From Mustelus asterias (taxonomy: Eukaryota): a DNA stretch of 64,000 nt. The stretch lies in contig NC_135818.1 of NCBI RefSeq assembly GCF_964213995.1, positions 85,250,001 through 85,314,000 of the forward strand, read 5' to 3'. The notes beneath the pieces are model-generated. The model had not been told where the DNA came from. It saw nothing but the letters and a program-made list of their open reading frames with translations, and searched no databases. How positions within the stretch are numbered: position 1 is the first letter of the stretch; each line of letters begins with the position of its first letter. A program made the position numbers and the translations under genes. This document shows positions 34,085-47,327 of this stretch, in pieces.

Positions 34085-35300
34085 TGTTACAATCCCAGTT
34101 AATGTTATAACTGGATGGGAAGATCCCAGAATGGAACTTGGCTCAAAAAGACTGTAACAATTACTTTTTTTTAATCAAACATGGAGGAACAGAGTCACAG
34201 GATTGATGTTTAGTTTAACAACAAAACAAAACATTTATTAAACATGAAAAAGTTGGATTGTAATACTTCAATATTTGTAATACTCCTTTACTCTACCCTT
34301 GACTTAATGAATAAACACAGTTTTAAAATTAACACAAATGGCACAGTGCATTTGACTCTACAATGGTCCCATTAACACACAAAGTCCCTTCTTAAAGCAC
34401 ATAGATTGGCTGTGGGCAAATACATACTCCTCTCTGAACCCAAGTTAGTGTCTGTGGATTTCTCCTCAGAATCCCCCCCCAAAGGATGGTCATATGAGAG
34501 TTTCCAAACTCCACTCCCAAAAACCGTCTTTTGTAATAAGGCTTTCCATTAGCCGGTGCGCTCCATTCTGAATTCCACTCCATATTTTCCAAAAGACTCT
34601 TTTGAATAGAGTTTCTGTTCCTTTTCTATCAATGATTCCACTTCAGGTTTTACACCAACCCCCCCTACGATTTCTTTGTCTTGATTGACTTCCATTGGTA
34701 TAGAAATTCGGATATCCAGCTAATGTTTTCTTCCCAATTACTTTGTTTCAGGGATGGTAGTAAGACATTCCAAACTTTAGGATCACTTTAGAAACCTTTC
34801 TCTGGCGTTCTCACCAGCTGATTCCTTCTCAGCACTGTCTTGGATGCCCATGAACAGTTTCCTGTTCTATTTCCGGGTTTCCAGTACCAACCACCCTTTA
34901 GTTCCTATGGAGCTTGCTTTTTTGCACCTTACTCCCATTGTACAGCTTTTCTTTTAGCAAATTTGAGAGAGATGTTCTCTCTCTAGCAGCCTGTCACCAA
35001 CTGCTTTTAGTAGAAATGTGGGCGATGTTCTGTCTCTGGCTGTCGATCTGCAACTTTCTAAATTCCAGTTAAACTGAGAACAAAGGAAAAGCTTTTTTTT
35101 CTTAAAGGGTCTACAGTTGCTAAGCAACTATACTTTTTCTTCATGCCATAGCTCTCTCTAAGCACAATAGCATCACAGTTGGAAATTAACCACCTCATAT
35201 ATACAAACACCTTTGTCTAGCATTAATCTAACTGCAGGTTCCTTCCCGGCACAGAAACATTAAAGGAAACCCCTCCTAAAACTAGATTATATCTCTCAAA
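34085..35300 (-). mobile_element. Probable LTR-like repeat
   Basis: Begins TGTTAC and has a minus-strand AATAAA near 34235; far end and TSD not resolved. Confidence 0.3.
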
Positions 35301-37172
35301 GGAAAAAAAATGTGTCATACTGAAAAAAAAGGTAGATGACAGGGTCCACACATATGTTGCAGTGTGAAGCAACAGAGTGGGAGACTCACTGCACAGTTGA
35401 AAAAGGGTGGAAGCTCTCCATGTTGTTTTAAAAGAGGGTTTTATCTGATCAAAAAAGGGTGAGATTCCAGGTAGTGTCTGGCATATTTGAAAAGAAAAGG
35501 AGCTGTTTGAAAAAAGAATACATCAAGTCAAAGGTCTCCACAGTAAGAAGGGTAGTACTAGGAAGACAGTAAAAAATATATACTGAGCAGCCTCGAGTCA
35601 CTCGAGTTTGTAAGAGAAATGGCGAATCAATTAGGTGCCATGGATCCCTTCAATGAAGAAAATGAAACATGGAGTTCCTATGCAGAGTGTTTTCGATACT
35701 TTGTACAAGCAAATAAAATTTCAAACGAGTTGCTTGTACCAGCTTTTCTCAGTACGGTAAGAAGTAAAACCTTTAATTTGCTCCGGAGATTGGTTCATGC
35801 AGAAAAACCAGGAAACAAAATTTACAATGACTTGACAAAGATCCTCCAGGAGCATTACTCTCCAAAGCCACTCTCCCTGCGGAACAGTTCAGGTTCCACC
35901 AAAGAATTAAGTGGAAGGCAAAAGTATTACTCAGTTTGTGGCAACCTTAAAAAGGCTGGCGCAACATTGTGAGCATGGTGGGTCATTAGAAGATACTCAT
36001 TGAGATTGCCTAGTTTGTTGTCTTCAAAATGAGGCAATTCAAAAAAGATTGCTTACTGAACAAGTTTTGGCTTTAAAGACATCAGTAGAAATCGCAGTAC
36101 TAATGGAACTGGCTGCTAAAGAGGTTTCACAATTTAGTGCAGGAATGAAGGTGCACAAGTTAGGAACTGCCCATAAGAAGCCAAAACGCCAACAATGAAT
36201 GCTGGAGCAATGATAGTCAATGCAAGAATTGTGGCAAAATGGATCACATTGCAAAAGTTTGTTGGGCTAGACCAGCTTCCCCTGAGAAGAATATTCAGAA
36301 GAAGAATCTGCGCACCTTCAAGAAGAACAAGTTGCATTCTACAAAAACATTTACAACATGGAAGGAAAGAATTACGGCTGTGAAGAAGAGAATGTCCAGA
36401 AATATGATGAAGAGCTTCAACTGAACATCTTATTCATACAGGATGAATCTCATAGATTCTGGGTGATTTTAAAGTTAAGTGGACAATCTATTCGGCTGGA
36501 GGTTGATACTGGTGCTGCTGTATTTTTTAATTCTTGGGACTACATACCAACAAAAGCTGGAGCATCTTCCTTTGAAACTAGCTGATGAGATTTTAAGGAC
36601 ATACCTGGAAGAGATCATGCTATTAAAAGATTCCGCCATGATCAGCATAGAGTTGAGTGGACAGACAGCAAAGTTTCTTCTCCATGTGGTCCATGGTAAT
36701 TTTCTAGTTCTATTTGGGGGATCATGGTTGGAGAAGATAAAACCTAACTGGAGTGCTATCAACAGATTGGTCGATGGCAAAACTGACCTGCAGCACCTTC
36801 TGGATAAATACAAAAGTGTATTCGAAGAGACACTTGGCTCAATGAAGGGAGTTCAAGTGAAACTCAAGATAAAGCCTAAAAGTCAACTGAAAAGGTCTCA
36901 AAGCAAGAGTGATGATACATGCAATTTGTCCCAAGGTCGAAGAAGAATTAGTACAACTTGTTAACACTGGTATGTTAGAGGCGGTTACAATGAATGACTG
37001 GGCTACCCTCATCGTGCCTGTCATGAAACCAGGTGGTTCAATTTGTATTTGTGGTGATTTTAAAATAACCATAAATGCACTGTTGTGTGCCAATCAATAT
37101 CTGCTTCCTTTAATTGAAGATTTGTTTGCTGGGATTATCAGGTGGGCAGAAATTCAGCAAGATTGATCATTC

Positions 37173-37417
37173 TGATGCGCTATCAATAAGGCGAAAGACT
37201 ACCGATATGCCAATATAAGTGTAGGCTTTTATTCACAACAGAATCAGGAGCAGATCCCAACAATTAACCGACCTGGACTGAACAAGGGGGAGGAGACAGC
37301 CACCTTTATACTAGGTGCTGAGGGGAGGAACCAAACTGGAAGGGGATGTGTCCAGGTATGACAAACACACACAACGGTGGTCCATATAGGACAAAGGCAC
37401 AACTGAGGTCCACCACA
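37173..37417 (-). mobile_element. Solo LTR (TGTGGTG...GCGCATCA family) inside the degraded RT
   Basis: Same termini as the 28360 LTR on the minus strand; 5-bp TSD CATTC. Confidence 0.9.
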
Positions 37418-39059
37418 CATTCGTAAGCACATTTACAGATGAATGTAGCCACTGAATCTCAACCATTATTTACCATTGTTACACATAAAGGTATTTTTTG
37501 TTATAAAAGATTGCCTTTTGGAATAAATCCACACTATTTCAAAGGTCAATACCTCAAATTTTAAATGGTCTCTGGTATAAAATGTTACCTGGATGATATT
37601 CTAATTACAGGGTCCAGTGAACAGGAGCACTTAAATAATTTAGCAGCAACATTGGAACATCTTCAAGCACATGGCGTGTGCATATCAAGATAGAAGAGTG
37701 TGACTTTTTCCAGATGTCAGTCCAGTATTTGGGTTATGCTATTGATGGTAAAGGCCCACATAAAGCACCTCAAATATTTTAGAAGCACTACATCCAATGA
37801 AGGTGACACAACTGAGGTCCTTTCGAGGATATGTAAATTATTATGGCAAATACGTTCCGAACTTAGCTGCATTATTGAAGCCATTGTATAATTTACTATG
37901 TGTGAAACAGTCATGGGGCTGGACAACAGAATGTGAGAAAGCATACAAGTCTGTCAAAGATGCTCTGCAGAAGTCTGAAGTATTGATAATTTTAATTTGC
38001 AGCTACCATTACTGCTTGCTTGCAATGCTTCACCTTATGGAATATGGATAGTCATTTCATATATTATGTCTTCGGGAGAAGAACAACCAATAGCTTTTGC
38101 TTCGCGTACTCTGACTAGTGCTGCATCTAACTCTGCTCAGCTTGAAAAAGAGGCATTGAGTATACTTTCTGGGGTATGACCATTTCATCATTATCTATAT
38201 GGTCATCATTTCACATTATTAACTGATCATCGACCCTGAACTGCTATTTGTGGGCTGCATTAAGGCATACCTTCATTAGCTGCTAGCTGATTGCAAAGAT
38301 GGTCACTGATCCTATCTGCACACTCCTACAATATAAATTATTGCCAATCAGAGTGTTATGCTAATGCTGATGCCTATCACATTTACTTTTACCTTTTGAA
38401 CAGATACCACCAACCAGTTTTGTTAATATTCTTTATTTTTCACCAGTAGATCATTTGCCTGTGGCAGCTTCTCAAGTTCAGAGATATACCAGAAATGATA
38501 CCCTGATGGGGAAGGTGATGGATATGGTATTGAAAGGAATGATAGCTAGAAAGCTTCGTACACATCCTGATTTGAAGCTATTTGTGTCAAGAAAGCTTGA
38601 GTTGACCGTCCAAGGTGGGTGTCTATTGGAGGGAATTCCTCCAAGTCTGCATGGAAGAATTCTTAAACAACCACATGAAGGACATCCTGGTATAGTCCGG
38701 ATGAAGGAGTTAGCATGTAGTTATTGTTGGTGGCCAGGTCTGGATACTCAGATTGAAGAAAAGGTCAGACAGTGTCAGCCTTGTGCACAAATAAGACATA
38801 CACCACCGCTGCCGCCTTTACACCCTTAGGAATGGCCTAAATTGCCATGGCAATGATTGGATGTAGATTTTACTGGTCCATTTGAGTTATGCACTCAAAG
38901 TGGCCTGAGGTTGTTATCGTTAAATCTGTTAAATCTGAACAAACCATTGAAAAACTTGACAAAATGTTTGTAAGATTTGGTAAGCCGGAACAGACTGTTG
39001 GTGATAATGGTTCACAGTTTACTTCACAAGAGCTTGAGAATTATCTCAAAGTAAATGGT

Positions 39060-39585
39060 ATTCAGGTATAAGAAGGATGTGATCGCACTGGAGGGGGTGC
39101 AGAGGAGATTCACCAGGATGCTGCCTGGGATGGAACATTTAAGTTATGAAGAGAAGTTGCATAGGCTTGGGTTGTTTTCATTGGAGCAGAGAAGACTGAG
39201 GGGCGACCTGATCGAGATGTACAAGATTATGAGAGACATGGACATAGAGTGGACAAGGAGCAGCTGCTCCCCTTAGTTGAAAGGTCAGTCACAAGGGGAC
39301 ATAGGTTCAAGATGAGAGGCAAGAGGTTTGGGGGGATGTGAGGAAAAGTTTTTTTACCCAGTGGATGGTGACAGTCTGGAATGTGCTGCCTGGGAGGGTG
39401 GTAGAGGTGAGTTGCTTCACATCCTTTAAAAAATACCTGGATGAGCACTTGGCATGACATAACATGCAAGGCAATGGATGAAGTACTGGTAAATGGGATT
39501 AGGTGGGAGGTGAGGTGTTTCTTCTGTGTCAGTACAGATTCAATGGGCTGAAGGGTCTCTTCTGCACTGTATGATTCTATGATTT
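39060..39585 (+). mobile_element. CR1 3' fragment inserted in the integrase
   Basis: YKKDVIALEGVQRRFTRMLPG; attctatg tail; integrase translation resumes afterwards. Confidence 0.9.
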
Positions 39586-39831
39586 TAATAAAATCTGCAC
39601 CTTATCATCCATCAACCAATGGATTAGCTGAAAGATTCGTGTGAATAGTTTTTTGGCACCTTATAGAAACACTGCTCATGCAACTATCCAAAGTTCACCT
39701 GCATTGCTACTCTTAAAGATAAGGTTGACAACTATGTTTGATTTGTTATTACCGCAGAAACTTCAGAGAAAGTTGAGCGTCAACAACAATCTCAAGTTGC
39801 TAGATGAGAAGTGAGGACAAAACAATGCCCA

Positions 39832-40235
39832 GGAGTTTGCACGTTCTCCCCCTATCTGTGTGGGTTTCTTTTGAGTGCTCCAGTTTCCTCACACAGTTCA
39901 AAGATGTACAGCTTAGGTGGATTGACCATGACTAAATCACCCCCTAGTGTCCAAAAATGTGCAGCTTAGGTGGATTGACCATGCTAAATCGCCCCTTAGT
40001 GTCCAAGGATGTGCAGCTTGGGTCTTCTGTCTTCTTCATTTATTAGTCACAAATAGGCTTACATTAACACTGCAATGAAGTTACTGTGAAAATCCCCTGG
40101 TGCATTGGCCATAATCAAAGCACAGTTTTATAGAGATAGGGCGGGGGAGTGGGCCTAGTTAGAGTGCTCTTTTGGAGGGTCTGTGCAGACTCGATGGGCC
40201 AAATTGCCTCCTTCTACAATGTGGGGATTCTATGG
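39832..40235 (+). mobile_element. HE1/V-type SINE with internal duplications and an inverted type-2 tail piece
   Basis: gcttaggtggattgaccatg repeated; inverted tail segment at about 40035-40100. Confidence 0.75.
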
Positions 40236-41254
40236 ATTTTAACAAGATTGAGTGTTAGCGTGTAATCGTGCTATGAGTGGGAAATGGGTACTGGCCATAG
40301 TTTTAGCAAAAACACGTCCAATTCCATCCATGGTTCAAACCGAAGATGAATTATTTTGGCGACACCATGCTGACCAATTGTTGTCATCTCGAAATAATTT
40401 CTCAGAATCATCTCCAAACCCAGAAGTAGCAACTTCTTTAGTGCCCAGTGTTGTGAATGGCATACATTATATACAACCAAAGAAGAATAAACACCCTCCT
40501 GATCAACTTTCTCATTGCCTGTGTAGGATTAATGGTGCAGTGCAGTTTACCTGGAGTACTATTGAGTCAATGTATAACATGATAGTACTTTGTTGTCCTG
40601 ACCACAGAAGTAAAATGGGAGATGCTATATATTTAAGTGGTTGAATGATTGCTTTATGAGTTGTTCACATGATTTGATGACGATGTCATTAAGGTGTTTC
40701 ACAGGCTCCTGCGTAAATTTAATTTTCTTCTCTGCACACACAAGACTCCTTCCAAAAACCCTGTTGTTGTTATTTTGAAACCACGTGTTGTGATGATAGT
40801 AGCACAATTGATATAAATATACATTTGTTAATTTTGTTTAAGGGGAAAGTTTAAAACTTAGTTTTATTCTGCAGGGAATTGCTGTGTCTGGAAGACATTT
40901 AGTTCATGGGTTGTAAAAGCAAGTTAATTACTCATTTCAGCTAGAATTTGTTAGTTTGGTAGAACTAATGGGCTTTTGCTTACCGAAAAGATTCCTCAGA
41001 AAGTTGATGCACAGGATCATGTGATAATGTGGTTAGTGACAGAGCTGGGTCTCTAGCAGACAGAAAAAAAAGTTTTTGGAGTTTAGAGTTGGAGTTCTAG
41101 CTGGTAATTGTTTGAAGACAGAGGTTTCCTGCAAGCTGCTCTGCAACTCATTTTCTCCCTGAAAGCTTCAAGACTGTCTACATTCATTATAGCAAATATA
41201 TCTATGGTTGTTAACTGTACTTAAAGTGGCATTTAAGTCTGTAAGAGGAATATA

Positions 41255-41340
41255 TCAGATCAGCCATGATCTTATTGAATGGCGGGGCAGGCTCGAGGGG
41301 CTAGATGGCCTACTCCTGCTCCTATTTCTTATGTTCTTAT
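41255..41340 (+). mobile_element. Very short CR1 3' tail insertion in an LTR-like repeat (about 40850-41615)
   Basis: Nearly identical to 5227-5312. Confidence 0.8.
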
Positions 41341-42624
41341 TATATGGCTTATTTGGAACTGGAACAGTGATAAGTTAGAAAATAAAGTTGTTTCCTTTCA
41401 TTTTTAAATATTGTTCTACTGTTAATAGTTAAGCTGCTATATTTAAACTACATTATTAAGCCAAGTTTGTTTTACTATAAAAGATCTTTAATTTGTCAGT
41501 AGAATTACTACTGGAGCGAAACATCCTTTCCTCATATTTGTGCCAAAATAGAAAAATTGTTGGGGTCTAGTCTGGCTTCATAATATACTTGTGGTTCTGG
41601 TCCAGGATCCTAACAGTATGCAAATCACATCTTTTATTTTTGTTTAAAACCCACAAACCCGAACATAGTTAGGATATTACAAGTTTCTCCAGCTTTTCAT
41701 TCCCACTGCAACTCTAAATCTTGGGGATAAGGCCCCTGGCTCCTTTCTTCTGCATTACCTCCAGTGTGTCCCTGGACAAGTACTCAAGGTGAATTTGGTA
41801 ATCTATCAGCTTTCTCTTTTCTAGTGAAAAGAGCCCTGCCTGTTCAGTCCTTCCCGAGTAAAAATCTCTTCGCTATTGATCAGATTACCTTGATTACACA
41901 TTAGAAAGATTAGCTTGCTCCAACACCAAGTCCTTGGATCATTCCTTCCCATCTCCCTCACACGAATGAATCTCCTAGGAAGTTTCCCTCCCGATCAAAA
42001 TTTCCACCCCACAGCACTCACTGCTCAAAGTGATGTATTGTTTAGCCAAGTGAAACAAATTTTATTTAACATTGAAGTGACAAAGTTATTACAATTTAAG
42101 AAAAATATAAGTGCAATTCATATTGATAAAGCTCAGTACAGAAATATAACCTTTAAATAGAATAAACTGTTCATTAAAAATGCCTGCATAAAAGATTTAT
42201 TCAAATTAACCTACATCATTCCACATTCACATTCTTTAGACTTCTGTTGGTCAGAATCCTGAGCCTGCCCAGGAGGGATAAATTAGAGGAATTTGGGTAG
42301 ATAAATGGTCCTTTTCTTTGCCTCCCTGTGTCGGAGTGCAATGGCCAATACTTGGCAACCACCCTCTGATCAGCGACTTACTGTGTGCATGCCGGCAAAT
42401 TCTCATTCTACAGCACAGGACATTATAGCTCACTGCTGTTAGTGGGAGTTTGCTGTGCACAAAGTGACCTCCATGTTTCTCTATGCCACAGCAAGACTTG
42501 GGTTTTCAGAGGTACATCATGGGCAGTGAAGTGTTTTGGGGCAACCCTGAAGTTGTGAAGCTACAGAAATTCAAGTTCTCTTTTTGTAGCTGCTGTCAAC
42601 TGCGCATAGCTTTCAGGTATCATC

Positions 42625-42770
42625 TTACCTCAGTGGGTAGCTCTCTCCCCTCTGAGTCAGAAGGCTGTGGGCTCAAATCCCACTCCAGATACAACAACAA
42701 AATTCAGGCTGACACTCCCAGTGCAGTACTGATGGAGTGTTGCATAGTCAGAGGTGCTGTCTTCCTGGTG
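42625..42770 (+). mobile_element. Deu-type (SacSINE1-like) tRNA SINE 5' part
   Basis: ctcagtgggtagc...ctgagtcagaagg...caggctgacactcccagtgcagtactga; related pieces at 42250-42560, 54590-54730, 58850-59135, 60390-60680 and 63310-63635. Confidence 0.6.
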
Positions 42771-43329
42771 TTGCGAAAGGAGGAATCAAGTTATCATTGT
42801 CTTCAAGACACTGTTGGTAACAAGTCTGAAATTCTTGAGTGTAAACTGTGAAGACCAGGGGAAAATCAAAACTAATGGATACTGTACAATAATGATATTT
42901 TCAAAACGTTTTAATCTATTGAGTTAGTTAGAAATATTCTCAGTGGGTTTTACCTCCTGTTGTAATTTTTGACATTCACTAACTATTATCCAATGTAAGA
43001 TCCCAAGGAACAGCGGAGACTTGGAGGATAACTTTCTAATTATGTGGAAAGGGACATTGTAAGGGGGTCCTCTCTCCAGTTCTGATGAAGAATCGCAGCT
43101 TCAATGTAGACCTGTCCTTTCTCTTTCAGATTTTGACTGATCAGCAATTCATGCCCAGTGTTCTCTGTGTTCATTTAATTGAGTTTTACAGGAAAGAAAC
43201 TGGCCATTCAGCCCAACAGGTCTGTGCTGCTGTTTAAGATCCTTGTGGAATTCCTTCGCTTATGTAGGTGGAAGATTCAAATGGTTGCTATGAATGTGAA
43301 ATGTGTTAACCTAATTGCAGCAAGCATTA

Positions 43330-43612
43330 TTATTATTTATTTATTAGTGTCACAAGTAGGCTTACATTAACACTGCAATTAAGTTACTGTGAAAATCCAC
43401 TAGTCACCACACTGAGGGAGAATTTAGCATGGCCAATCCACCTAACCAGCATGTCTTTCGGACTGTGGGAGGAAATCAGGGCACTTGGAGGAAACCCACG
43501 CAGACACGGGGAGAACATGCAGATGCCACACAGGCAGTGACCCAAGCCGGGAATTGAACCCAAGTCCCTGGCACTGTGAGGCTGCAGTGCTAATCACTAA
43601 CCATTGTGACAC
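43330..43612 (-). mobile_element. HE1/V-type SINE (type-2 tail)
   Basis: Reverse complement of the head, core and type-2 tail. Confidence 0.85.
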
Positions 43613-43959
43613 CCATAATGTGCACACAGTGCAGAATTCCCCCAATCATTGGACAAAATTGGCAATTTAATTCAGAATAGGGATCAGAATGACTATGGAG
43701 CCTAGTTGTACACAGTGCAAATGCTGGGCTGAGGCACATTATTGGGGCAGAATAGAGAAAGCTTTGTGATGTGTCTAATTGTGCTACACCTGACCTCATA
43801 AAGTTTAATGCAAACACTGATTGCTCACTATGGAAAATGTCCCATCACCCTGAACCCTTAAACTAACCCTAATCCTTATAGAGGTTCCAGCACAAGCCCA
43901 TCTCTCACCAGAAACTCTGGAATTAATTTTAACTTATTGGCCCAGTCAGATTGGAATGG

Positions 43960-44900
43960 AATACAGACGACACAAAGATTGGCCGAGTAGTGGATAGTGT
44001 AGAGGATAGCTGTAGTCTATAAAACAATATCGATGGGTTGGTGGTGTGGGTGGTAAAGTAGCAGATGGATTTTAGCATGGAGAAGTGTGAGTTAGTGCAT
44101 TTAGGGAGGTCAAACAGTTATAGGGAATACACAATGAATGGGAATATACTAAGAAGGGTAGGAAAAGTGAGAAATTTTGGTATACAAGTAGACAGAACCC
44201 TAAAGGTAGCAGTTTAAGTAGACAAGGTGGTAAAGGAGTCATATAGAATGCTCCCTTTGAGGGATAGAATACAAAAGTAAGGATAGCATGTTGGAATTTT
44301 GAGGCCACAACTAGAGTATTGTGTGCATTTCTGGTCATCCTATTACAGGAAGGATGTAATTGCTCTGGAGAGAGTGCAGAGGTGGTTTACAAGAATGTTG
44401 CTAGGGTAGAAAAGTGTAGCCGTGAAGATAGGTTGGGGTTCTTTTCTGTGGAGTAAAGAAAGCTGAGGGGTGACTTGATAGCGGTGTACACAATTATGAG
44501 GGGAAGAGATAGAGTGGGCAAGATAAAATTGTTTCCCCTGGTAGAGAATTCTAGACAGTAAGAAGTCTCACAACACCAGGTTAAAGTCCATGCATTCTAG
44601 AACCATTCTAGAATTCTAGAACCAGGGGACATAGATAAGTGGCAGTAGGTGTAGAGGGGACATGAGGAAGAACTTTTTTTACACACAGGATGGTGGGTAT
44701 TTGGAATTCGCTGAGTTGGTGGTGGAGGCAGAGATCCTAAACTCAAAAGTACCTGAATCTGCACCTTAAACGCTGTAAGATACAGGACTATGGGACAGGT
44801 GCAGGAAGGTGCAATTAGGAAGGAAGTCTTGGTATCCTCGGACTGGCAAGGACAAGTTGGGCTGAATGATCTCCTGCTGTAACTTTACTATGGTTCTATG
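43960..44900 (+). mobile_element. Degraded CR1 3' fragment
   Basis: gacgacacaaagattgg (DDTKIG), RPQLEYCVHFWS and ALERVQR remnants. Confidence 0.85.
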
Positions 44901-45509
44901 GAATTGGATGGGATGAGATATTAGATGAGATGAGTTAGGCAAGGTTGGGAAGGGTTGAGATTTGTCAGGATGGCTTTGGATAAGAGGCCTGTTTTGTTCC
45001 CTGCCCAACTCTACAATCCATTTACCTCAGCAGGGTGGGATATAAAATGGCTTTCTGATCTGAATTCATCAGTTTGCTGCTAACCGGTGGAGGTGAAATG
45101 ATCCCTCTAATTCAATTCCAAATCAATCCTGAAGCTCCAGTCTTCTCCTCGTCATTATCTGAAACTCTAAAGTATCACGGTACCTAAAAGGAATTCTAAT
45201 CCAATCTTAATACTTATTGAAGCTCCAATCCAATCCTACTCTCCATGGAAGAATGAATCCAATCCTGATCCTTCCTGGAAACTCAAATATAATCTCAGTA
45301 TTTCTCACATGAACACAAGGATCAGGAGCATGAGTAGGCCATTCAGCCCCTCCAGACTGCTCCATCATTCGATAACATGATCTGATTGTGGTCTCAATTC
45401 CACTTTTCTGTCTGCCCCCATTTTTGGGAGCTTTATTTCAATAGGAATCATTACCTGAAATGTTCCTCCAGATCCAACCTGAAAACTCTACTCTAATCCT
45501 AACTCTATT

Positions 45510-45690
45510 CCTCCGGGTGCTCCGATTTCCTCCCACAGTCTGAAAGACATGCTGGTTAGGTTCATTGGCCATGCTAAATTCTCCCTCAGTGTACCTGAAC
45601 AAGCGCCGAAGTGCGGCAACTAGGGGATTTTCACAGTAACTTCATTGCAGTGTTAATGTAAGCCTACTTGTGACACTAATAAAATAAACG
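45510..45690 (+). mobile_element. 5'-truncated HE1/V-type SINE (type-2 tail)
   Basis: Core 3' half plus type-2 tail. Confidence 0.82.
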
Positions 45691-45889
45691 TCAAACTTTA
45701 AATTTACCCAAAAACAGAAAAGGATGGCTGGTTGAGGCACAGTGTAATATCAGGAGAGGATTTTGCAGGGTTGGATGGAAAGGTTTTTTATCCTTTTGAA
45801 AGTGGCAAATTGATATCAACAGATATGGTAAGAGCAGTGGGGATAATCTGTTCTTTCATGATATTGTCCAAGAATCTCATGAGAACTCT

Positions 45890-46100
45890 CCTGCTCTCCT
45901 TTGAATCTTTTTGTCTACCTAAGAGAGAAGACAGGGCCTTAGCTTAACCACCTACTCAAAATACGGCATCTCAGAGTGCTGCACTCCCTGGATACTACAC
46001 TGAGGCAATCAGCCTGGATATGTTATAATATCTATAATGGGACTTGAACCTTCTGACTCTAAGATGAGAGCGAGCTACCCGACGCGCCAAAGTTGACACC
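45890..46100 (-). mobile_element. Deu-type SINE remnant overlapping the 3' end of the GPCR CDS
   Basis: Minus strand ggtgtcaactttggcgcgtcgggtagctcgctctcatcttagagtcagaaggttcaagtccca aligns with the SINE heads at 42625 and 63580-63635. Confidence 0.7.
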
Positions 46101-47120
46101 AGTTGCTATCATCCTGGGGTTAATGTTCAATCTTCTAGGTTTCTGGGGTGCTAACTGATGAAGATTTACTTCCCTCTTTCTGTTTGCAGTGAAGAGATTC
46201 ACAAGAGGCTCCAAGAGTGTCATCAGGACTCCGTGTGAGCTCTCTGACACAAAGGAGTAGAGAATGGGGTCGGCCACACAATTTAAACTGGTTAGCAGCA
46301 ACCCAAAGTGAAAATAATGGTACGAGCGCCTCACAAAGCTGCAATTGTCCTCAAATAGAGTTCTGACCAGCAGCATAACGTGATAAGGGGCAAAGCAAAT
46401 GCAAAAAATGACAATGGCACTTAACACCAACTTTTTGATCCTTAACTTTTGTTTCTGTTGAATGCCTTGACTCTCCCGAATAGATATCAACATCCTGTGA
46501 TAGGAAAAGGCCAACAAAGCAATGGGGAAAAGGAAACCAACAGAGAGACGGTAATAGTTTATCCCCCTTTGCCAGGACTGCAATGGATAATGCTCAAAAC
46601 AGAGTAAATTATTATTTTGATCTTTCACTGACCCATCATGAGAGAAAATGAAAAGACTGGTTCCGATTTCTTTAACCCAGACGAAAGCACTCACTAGAAG
46701 CACAGCTTTCAAAGTGCGGAAGGCGTGGAATCTTAAAGGGTGGACCACTGCTAAGTAGCGGTCTACAGAGATGCAACAGAGGAATGCGATGCTCACATAT
46801 ATGTTCTCGTAGAGGACGATCCCAGAGATCCTGCACAGCAACTCACCATTCACCCAATTATCTTTCATCATTAAGTACTGGATCCACAAGGGCAAACAGG
46901 CGAGGTGCAACAGGTCTGAGATGGTCAGATTGCAGAGATAGATTCCCAGCTCGTTCCTCTGTCTGATCTGCAGGTAGCTGTGATACAGGGACAGCAGATT
47001 AGTCGGGAGGCCGACGACGAAGACAATAATGTAGACGGGGGGAAACAGGATCTGATGGATACTGTAATCTAGAGTACAATTGGTGCAGTCATCTTTGTCG
47101 CACGCTGATTGGTTGGCCAT
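46059..47120 (-). CDS. GPR68: GPR68/OGR1-like proton-sensing class A GPCR, 353 aa (first ATG at 47120); orthologue versus paralogue not established
   Basis: 7 TM segments; NELGIYLCNLT, LYENIY, CCISVDRYLAV.HP.RFH.FRTLKA, CFEHYP...WQR.INYYR..VGFLFPI and YHF-like/LLLTSLNCVADPILY closely follow human GPR68 as recalled. Confidence 0.9.
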   Translation of the reverse strand: MANQSACDKDDCTNCTLDYSIHQILFPPVYIIVFVVGLPTNLLSLYHSYLQIRQRNELGIYLCNLTISDLLHLACLPLWIQYLMMKDNWVNGELLCRISGIVLYENIYVSIAFLCCISVDRYLAVVHPLRFHAFRTLKAVLLVSAFVWVKEIGTSLFIFSHDGSVKDQNNNLLCFEHYPLQSWQRGINYYRLSVGFLFPIALLAFSYHRMLISIRESQGIQQKQKLRIKKLVLSAIVIFCICFAPYHVMLLVRTLFEDNCSFVRRSYHYFHFGLLLTSLNCVADPILYSFVSESSHGVLMTLLEPLVNLFTANRKREVNLHQLAPQKPRRLNINPRMIATGVNFGASGSSLSS

Positions 47121-47202
47121 TTCCACAGTCAATATAAAGTGAACCCTCTTTGAATTGCTTCACCTCTTCAATTCCACCACAAAATCAAAGCAGGAGGTTT
47201 TC

Positions 47203-47235
47203 CTAAGTGGGATGGGGGTCAGGGAGGAATACAAA
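47203..47235 (-). promoter_or_regulatory. Candidate branch point and splice acceptor for the coding exon
   Basis: Minus strand ttcctcCCTGACccccatcccacttAG about 85 nt upstream of the ATG. Confidence 0.5.
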
Positions 47236-47327
47236 AAGTACAGGTTGTGAAGCTAAACAATTGCTGCCCCATGTTCTGTGCAGATACAGGAGTAAAACTT
47301 AACTTCAGATAGAAGAGCTCAGGATCA

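Larger units (their letters stand above)
35619..40400 (+). mobile_element. Degraded Mag-like Gypsy gag-pol with nested solo LTR, CR1 and SINE
   Basis: Gag MDPFNEENETWSSY; protease LEVDTGA; RT YLDDILITG (about 37586); RNase H CNASPYG..EKEAL; integrase HEGHPG..CQPC, DNGSQF, APYHPSTNGLAERF; many stops and frameshifts. Confidence 0.88.

Noticed and set aside
47121-47132. TTG starts given by the ORF track for the GPCRs (47132 and 51652)
   Set aside because: Eukaryotic genes; in-frame ATGs lie four codons downstream (47120 and 51640).
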